A DNA stretch of 64,000 bases from Stenotrophomonas sp. (lineage in GTDB: Bacteria > Pseudomonadota > Gammaproteobacteria > Xanthomonadales > Xanthomonadaceae): assembly GCA_049650985.1 (NCBI GenBank), contig JBASBF010000020.1:46711-110710 (forward strand), read 5' to 3'. Within the stretch, counting starts at the first letter, position 1; each line of letters opens with the position of its first letter. The translations under genes and the position numbers were made by a program. This document shows, piece by piece, positions 59,242 to 64,000 of this stretch. The notes below the pieces were generated by a model. It was given only the letters and a program-made list of their open reading frames with translations, had not been told where the DNA came from and ran no database searches.

Positions 59242-60186
59242 ATGAAAAGTAGTGGTTCCTTCCTCGATGTGGGTCCTGTCCCGCTTCAGCCAAGCGACGC
59301 ATTTCTGCGCCGCCGCCATGCCATCGACACAGGCATTCGCCTGGTACTGTTCGTCGCAGCGGCGCTATCAGTTCTGGTCACCTTCGGCATCCTCTACGTC
59401 CTACTCAGTGAGAGCTTGAAGTTCTTCACTCAGGTGTCCATCGTGGACTTCCTGACCGATACGCAGTGGACGCCCGTCTTCGAAGAGAAGCACTTCGGGA
59501 TCATGACACTACTGTCGGGTACGCTGATGACCACGGCCATTGCCTTGGTTGTTGCCGTGCCTGCCGGCACGATTCTCGCGTTGTATCTCAGCGAGTTCGC
59601 CAAGCCCAGACTCCGCGAAGTGGTAAAGCCGTTCCTCGAGCTCATTGCAGGCGTACCAACGGTCGCTTTTGGGTACTTCGCTCTGCTGTTCTTGACGCCC
59701 ATCTTTCAATCCTTCATCCCGGGTCTGGCACGCTTCAACCTGCTCGTGTCTGGGGTGGTCATCGGCATCATGATCTTGCCCTACATCGTATCCATGAGCG
59801 AAGACGCTATGCGCGCCGTGCCTGATTCGCTGCGTGAGGGGGCATACGCACTCGGATTCACCCGCCTTCAGACCGGATTGAAGGTGGTGACGCCAGCTGC
59901 GCTCTCGGGCGTCACCGCCGCTTACCTGCTCGGAATGTCGCGCGCGGTCGGCGAGACTATGGTAGTGGCTATCGCTGCCGGCCAGCAGGCCAGGATAGCG
60001 ACCAATCCGCTCGAGGGTGCAGCAACTATCACCTCATACATCGTGCAGTTGAGCATGGGCGATCTTCCACATGAGTCGATTGCCTATCAGACCATCTTCG
60101 CCGCCGGACTGACGCTTTTCGCACTTACGTTCAGTTTCAACCTCTTCGCCTTCTGGCTCCGCAAGCGCTACCGGGAGGCCTACTGA
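59242..60186 (+). CDS. pstC: phosphate ABC transporter permease PstC
   Basis: 314-aa, 6-TM permease with an EAA-like loop (MSEDAMRAVPDSLREGAYALG). It is the first permease of the set. Confidence 0.85.
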   Translation: MKSSGSFLDVGPVPLQPSDAFLRRRHAIDTGIRLVLFVAAALSVLVTFGILYVLLSESLKFFTQVSIVDFLTDTQWTPVFEEKHFGIMTLLSGTLMTTAIALVVAVPAGTILALYLSEFAKPRLREVVKPFLELIAGVPTVAFGYFALLFLTPIFQSFIPGLARFNLLVSGVVIGIMILPYIVSMSEDAMRAVPDSLREGAYALGFTRLQTGLKVVTPAALSGVTAAYLLGMSRAVGETMVVAIAAGQQARIATNPLEGAATITSYIVQLSMGDLPHESIAYQTIFAAGLTLFALTFSFNLFAFWLRKRYREAY

Positions 60187-61115
60187 TGCGCGACCACATC
60201 GAGCCCATGGGCCTTGACGATGCTGCAATTACACGGCGCGCACGAGTTTCAGACTTGTGCTTCACCGTGCTCGGGCTGCTGGTACTGTTCCTGACCCTGA
60301 CCATTCTGATGGCGCTTGTAGCCGACTTCGTAGTCGACGGCGCGGCCAGACTCACTCCAGACTTTTTCACCAACTTCCCCTCTCGCCGACCTGAGTCGGC
60401 CGGTATTCTCTCGGCTTGGATCGGTACTTGCCTTGTCATGCTGGTGACCGGGGTCCTTGCCGTGCCGGTGGGGGTCGCCGCAGGCGTCTATCTTGAGGAA
60501 TACGCCCCGAAGCACTGGGTCACCGACTTTATTGAGGTCAATGTCACCAACCTTGCTGGCGTTCCTTCGATCATTTTCGGACTGCTGGCACTGGGCCTCT
60601 TCGTCCAAATGTTCGGGCTCGGCCAAACGATCCTGGTCGCGGGCATGACGCTTGCTCTGCTGATCCTGCCCATCATCATTGTCGCGACCCGCGAGTCACT
60701 GCGCGCCATTCCTCAAGACATCCGCGAGGCTGCTTTCGGGCTGGGGGCAGATCAGTGGCAGACCGTCAGCATCTTTCTACTTCCCGCCGCGCGTCCGGGA
60801 ATCCTGACTGGCGCCATCGTGGGCATGTCGCGGGCCATTGGCGAAACCGCGCCGATCATCACCATCGGCGCACTGACCTTCATTGCCTTCCTGCCGCCAT
60901 CACCAATCCAGGCATCTGCTCCCTTCATCAGTTTTGAATGGCTCAGCTCCCCCTTCACCGTGATGCCCATCCAGATGTTCAACTGGGTGTCGCGACCGCA
61001 GGCTGGCTTTCACGTGAATGCAGCTGCCGCCGGGCTGGTGCTGCTGGGTATGACCCTGCTGATGAACGGCTTTGCAATCTGGCTGCGTTACCGCCTTCGC
61101 CGCCGCCTGCGGTGA
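60186..61115 (+). CDS. pstA: phosphate ABC transporter permease PstA
   Basis: 309-aa permease with [22 protein letters not shown]. Its start overlaps the pstC stop. Confidence 0.85.
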   Translation: MRDHIEPMGLDDAAITRRARVSDLCFTVLGLLVLFLTLTILMALVADFVVDGAARLTPDFFTNFPSRRPESAGILSAWIGTCLVMLVTGVLAVPVGVAAGVYLEEYAPKHWVTDFIEVNVTNLAGVPSIIFGLLALGLFVQMFGLGQTILVAGMTLALLILPIIIVATRESLRAIPQDIREAAFGLGADQWQTVSIFLLPAARPGILTGAIVGMSRAIGETAPIITIGALTFIAFLPPSPIQASAPFISFEWLSSPFTVMPIQMFNWVSRPQAGFHVNAAAAGLVLLGMTLLMNGFAIWLRYRLRRRLR

Positions 61116-61129
61116 TCCACGGAGACAAC

Positions 61130-61957
61130 ATGAATCACTCGACCATCTCAATTCCGGTTCCCGTGGCCGAACGCACCTCAACCCCCGCGCACGATGCGAC
61201 GGTGCGTGCTGAGGTTCGTGGGCTTGACTTCCATTACGACAAGTTCCACGCGCTGAAGGACATCAACCTGTCGATCGGCAGCAATCAGGTCACTGCGCTG
61301 ATCGGCCCCTCGGGCTGCGGCAAAAGTACGCTACTGCGCTGCTTCAACCGGATGCATGACCTGTATCCGAACAACCGGTACTCCGGCGCGATCACCCTCA
61401 TGCCGGAGAACCTGAATATCGTAGGGCCGGATGTGGACCCGATGCGCGTGAGGCTGCGCATTGGCATGGTTTTTCAGAAGCCAAATCCGTTCCCGAAATC
61501 GATCTTTGACAACGTGGCCTCAGGGATCATGATTCGCGGTGTGCGCAACAAATCAGTTGTCACTGAGCATGTCGAACGCGCATTGCGCGGAGCGGCCCTC
61601 TGGGATGAGGTGAAGGACAGGCTGGGTAAGTCAGCATTCGAGTTGTCCGGCGGTCAGCAGCAGCGTCTGTGCATAGCCAGGGCGCTGGCGCCCAACCCCG
61701 AGATCATTCTCTTTGATGAACCCACATCTGCACTCGATCCCATTGCAACTGCGCGGATTGAAGAGCTGATCGACGAGTTGCGTGCGCAGTACACCATCGT
61801 CATTGTTACCCACAACATGCAGCAGGCTGCGCGGATCTCGGACAGGACGGCATTCATGCACATGGGACAGCTCATTGAGAGTGGCCCTACGGCGGAGTTT
61901 TTTACTAATCCGAAAGAGCAGAAGACCCACGAGTACATCACCGGCCGTTTCGGCTGA
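61130..61957 (+). CDS. pstB: phosphate ABC transporter ATP-binding protein PstB
   Basis: ORF 60938..61957 trimmed to [11 protein letters not shown]. It has Walker [10 protein letters not shown], signature LSGGQQQR and Walker [12 protein letters not shown]. Confidence 0.9.
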   Translation: MNHSTISIPVPVAERTSTPAHDATVRAEVRGLDFHYDKFHALKDINLSIGSNQVTALIGPSGCGKSTLLRCFNRMHDLYPNNRYSGAITLMPENLNIVGPDVDPMRVRLRIGMVFQKPNPFPKSIFDNVASGIMIRGVRNKSVVTEHVERALRGAALWDEVKDRLGKSAFELSGGQQQRLCIARALAPNPEIILFDEPTSALDPIATARIEELIDELRAQYTIVIVTHNMQQAARISDRTAFMHMGQLIESGPTAEFFTNPKEQKTHEYITGRFG

Positions 61958-61969
61958 GGAGCAAAGGTC

Positions 61970-62695
61970 ATGACCGACCATATTGTCCAGTCTTTCGATG
62001 TCGAGCTGCGGGGGCTTACTTCACACATCCTTGAGCTCGGCATCCTTGCCGAACAGCAGCTTACGGATGCCGTCTGGTCGCTACGGCGTGGCAACGAGCA
62101 AATGGCCAAGGAAGTGGCAGAGCGTGAGGAGCGACTGAACCGGCTTGCGGCGCAGATTGATAGCGACGCTGTGAGCATGATCGCGCGTAGACAGCCGCTA
62201 GCGATCGACCTTCGCCATGTGATGGCAGCAATCCGAATTAGTTCAAACCTGGAGCGCGTGGGCGATCTTGCTTACAACATTGCCAAACGCTCGATGGCAA
62301 TGAGCGAGGCTCCGATACCAGCAGAGCTTGCGGAGCCTATGCAGCGTATGGCCGAGCTCACGCTATTGCAGCTGAAATCAGCGCGGGAGTCCTTTGCCAC
62401 GATGGACATTCATTCGGCTTACCGCGTTTGGGAGGAAGATGCAGTAATTGACGCGATGCACACGATCTTGTTCAAGGATATCGTGCAGTGCATGGCCGAC
62501 GACCGCGCCTCCGCATTTGACTTGGCTCACCTGCTGTTCGTAGTGAAGAACATCGAGCGGGTTGGTGACCACGCAACCAACATAGCCGAGGACGTCGTAT
62601 ACATGGTCAGCGGGGCGTTACCTATCGGCAAGCGCCCGAAGATGGATGAGAGCACCCTGCCTAGGGCGGGAAGTGACAACCTAGGCAACAGCTAA
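61970..62695 (+). CDS. phoU: phosphate signaling complex protein PhoU
   Basis: 241-aa ORF with two PhoU repeats (NLERVGDLAYNIA; NIERVGDHATNIA). Confidence 0.9.
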   Translation: MTDHIVQSFDVELRGLTSHILELGILAEQQLTDAVWSLRRGNEQMAKEVAEREERLNRLAAQIDSDAVSMIARRQPLAIDLRHVMAAIRISSNLERVGDLAYNIAKRSMAMSEAPIPAELAEPMQRMAELTLLQLKSARESFATMDIHSAYRVWEEDAVIDAMHTILFKDIVQCMADDRASAFDLAHLLFVVKNIERVGDHATNIAEDVVYMVSGALPIGKRPKMDESTLPRAGSDNLGNS

Positions 62696-62899
62696 TAAAC
62701 CCACTATCCCCGCATAGTGGCCGCTGCGCCCAATGGCGACGAGGTCGGAGGGGCGTTTTGTAACGACGGGACTACTTCCTTTCAGGGTATAGAGGCTCTG
62801 CGTGCTTTGATGCTTTGGGCGGATTGGGTATGCTTGCGCCATGAGCCACATCTGCCAGCTCGACCACCGAATACCGGCGTGATCGCATTGATCGATCAC

Positions 62900-63002
62900 G
62901 CCCCTGTTGCTCATGTTGGTCAGAGCGCCGGCCTTATACTCCGGTGAGAGCACGCGCCAGATAAGCGCGTACACGTCGGTTCGATTCCGACCGGGGGCAC
63001 CA
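62900..63002 (+). tRNA. atypical 103-nt tRNA-like gene (Ile-like scaffold, UAU anticodon loop plus a second anticodon-type arm)
   Basis: The acceptor pairs GCCCCTG (62900-06) with CGGGGGC (62992-98), followed by A73 and CCA. U8 is present. The D arm is GCTC-ATGTTGGTCA-GAGC with A14, G18G19 and A21. Arm 1 is CCGGC-CTTATAC-TCCGG (one C/T mismatch, anticodon TAT at 62935-37). Arm 2 is ACGCGC-CAGATAA-GCGCGT (62952-70). The T arm is GTCGG-TTCGATT-CCGAC. The length and double arm are non-canonical. Confidence 0.55.
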
Positions 63003-63005
63003 CCG

Positions 63006-63632
63006 TCAACGGCAGAAGAACGCTTCTACTTGCGCGCCATGGCAGCGCTTGTACTTGCTGCCGCTGCCACACAGGCACGGCGTATGCTCGCGCAGTCCCG
63101 CACCGAGTGATTGGCCCAAAAAATCCCTAGCGTGCAGAAGGGGCTGGATTTCATGGGCGGGAACGCTCACCTCTCCATATTGGGATGCTCGCTCGCCGCG
63201 GTTCATCACCCGGACTATCGCTTCAGACATCTGGATGAAGTGCTTGATCAGCAGGTCATCGCGTAACGGCATGCGGACGTTGTCGATGGCCAGGCCCTCG
63301 TAGCGTCTGCGCGGATCCGGCACAAAGAGAATGCGTGTCTCACCTTCAGGCTTTGGCGTGATGTCGACCATTTCACCCTCGGGGCTGACCCACACGGCAT
63401 GGAATTCTGCCTCCACCAGCACGTGCGACCATTCCCACAGCTGCCAACCGCACCGCATCTGGCCGCCGTCCCGCGTGATCTTCGCTTGCACGTTGGGAAA
63501 GCACTCATGCACGATCGCATCGGCTTCCGGCTGCACAGGCAGATAGACGGGCTCTGCGCCGCGCACGACGGAATCGGTCAGGCGCCGCACGGCGCGGGTG
63601 ATCTCCGGGGGTGTGGTGGTTACTACGCTCAT
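63006..63632 (-). CDS. SEC-C metal-binding motif protein of unknown function
   Basis: 208-aa ORF with C-terminal CLCGSGSKYKRCHG (SEC-C motif). Its stop codon is 3 nt from the tRNA-like CCA end, in convergent orientation. Confidence 0.6.
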   Translation of the reverse strand: MSVVTTTPPEITRAVRRLTDSVVRGAEPVYLPVQPEADAIVHECFPNVQAKITRDGGQMRCGWQLWEWSHVLVEAEFHAVWVSPEGEMVDITPKPEGETRILFVPDPRRRYEGLAIDNVRMPLRDDLLIKHFIQMSEAIVRVMNRGERASQYGEVSVPAHEIQPLLHARDFLGQSLGAGLREHTPCLCGSGSKYKRCHGAQVEAFFCR

Positions 63633-63676
63633 GCCAAAGCTCCTTGCGATCGTTGTGCCTAGTGTCTTTATCTAGG

Positions 63677-63994
63677 CTATGGCGACGGCGTCTCTTCCGA
63701 TGAGATCCGCTTGGAGCCTTTACCGCTGTTACTTGCCGGCTGCAGCTGGGCCAAAAGTGGCTCCAAGGTGCCCAGGCGCACTGTGGCGCGCAGCGTCTCC
63801 GCCTCGGCGTGCTCGCGTCGTTCGCGCTCCTGGGCCAACGCGGTCCGGGCTTGCACAAGCTCTTGTCGAAGGGCGTCCAAACTCTGCGTATCTTGACCCC
63901 AGCGCACCTGCAACGCTTGGTGTTCGGCCGCAGTCAGGCGCAGCGTATCGAGCTCGCCCTGTTGCGTCTGGATGGTCTGGCGCAGCTGCGCCAC
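63677..63994 (-). CDS. coiled-coil protein, probably 5'-truncated by the window edge
   Basis: Heptad-rich, Q/E/R/L-rich sequence (QLRQTIQTQQGELDTLRLTAAEHQALQ...ERERREHAEAE). The frame stays open to position 64000, so the listed GTG start may be internal. Any KfrA-like resemblance is speculative. Confidence 0.4.
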   Translation of the reverse strand: MAQLRQTIQTQQGELDTLRLTAAEHQALQVRWGQDTQSLDALRQELVQARTALAQERERREHAEAETLRATVRLGTLEPLLAQLQPASNSGKGSKRISSEETPSP

Positions 63995-64000
63995 CTCCTT

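Noticed and set aside
62681-62974. ORFs 62681..62974 (-) and 62717..62947 (+) overlapping the tRNA-like gene
   Set aside because: They have no RBS or family resemblance and an odd composition. They overlap a structured RNA-like sequence and each other.
62696-63002. tmRNA (ssrA) hypothesis for the roughly 300-nt non-coding stretch ending in GGTTCGATTCC...CACCA
   Set aside because: The acceptor stem would have C3:G70 rather than the G3:U70 needed for alanylation. The matching 5' acceptor strand is only about 100 nt upstream. No plausible tag reading frame ending in a typical ...AA stop was seen.
62900-63002. Selenocysteine tRNA or allo-tRNA (8/4 or 9/3) interpretation of the long tRNA-like gene
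   Set aside because: There is no UCA anticodon. The acceptor cannot extend to 8-9 bp (T62907 faces C62991). The T stem is a normal 5 bp, so the fold is 7/5.

Overview
The window is a high-GC gammaproteobacterial chromosome segment. Its gene content and order look Xanthomonadales/Lysobacterales-like; this is inference only, since no search was possible. Positions 1-49.2 kb are core genome: FKBP isomerase, ugd, slyX, a split metH behind a SahR-like regulator, acyl-CoA dehydrogenase, a tetR-MFP-RND efflux operon, the giant NAD-glutamate dehydrogenase, nadK and a 5'-nucleotidase. They continue with a tightly coupled minus-strand run (3-hydroxyanthranilate dioxygenase, kynU, kmo, sbcB, DUF2461), then can, paiB, asnS, an IscA-like gene, rpsF-rpsR-rplI, smc-zipA-ligA, a GNAT, epmA, a DUF3011 protein, mtnA and gyrA. 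The core intergenic regions carry at least three kinds of palindromic repeats: a GAGTGAGTGAAG-armed MITE-like family (5 copies), a GGGAATSGGGAAT-armed element, and GTAG-type REPs. Directly after the gyrA terminator (about 49.2 kb) codon usage visibly shifts toward A/T-ending codons and an accessory block begins. It holds a tyrosine recombinase, a SulP transporter, divergent ars genes (arsH-arsC[Grx type] versus arsR-arsC[LMW-PTP type]-acr3-trxB-arsO), and a separate arsR-like-pstSCAB-phoU unit. That unit's promoter region contains a good Pho-box match plus a triple direct repeat. The block ends at an atypical 103-nt tRNA-like gene (62900-63002) that has canonical acceptor, D and T arms but two tandem anticodon-type arms. 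A SEC-C-motif gene follows only 3 nt later, then a truncated coiled-coil gene, probably the edge of another accessory segment. No rRNA genes or CRISPR arrays are present. Most long ORFs on the opposite strand of the called genes are high-GC shadow ORFs.
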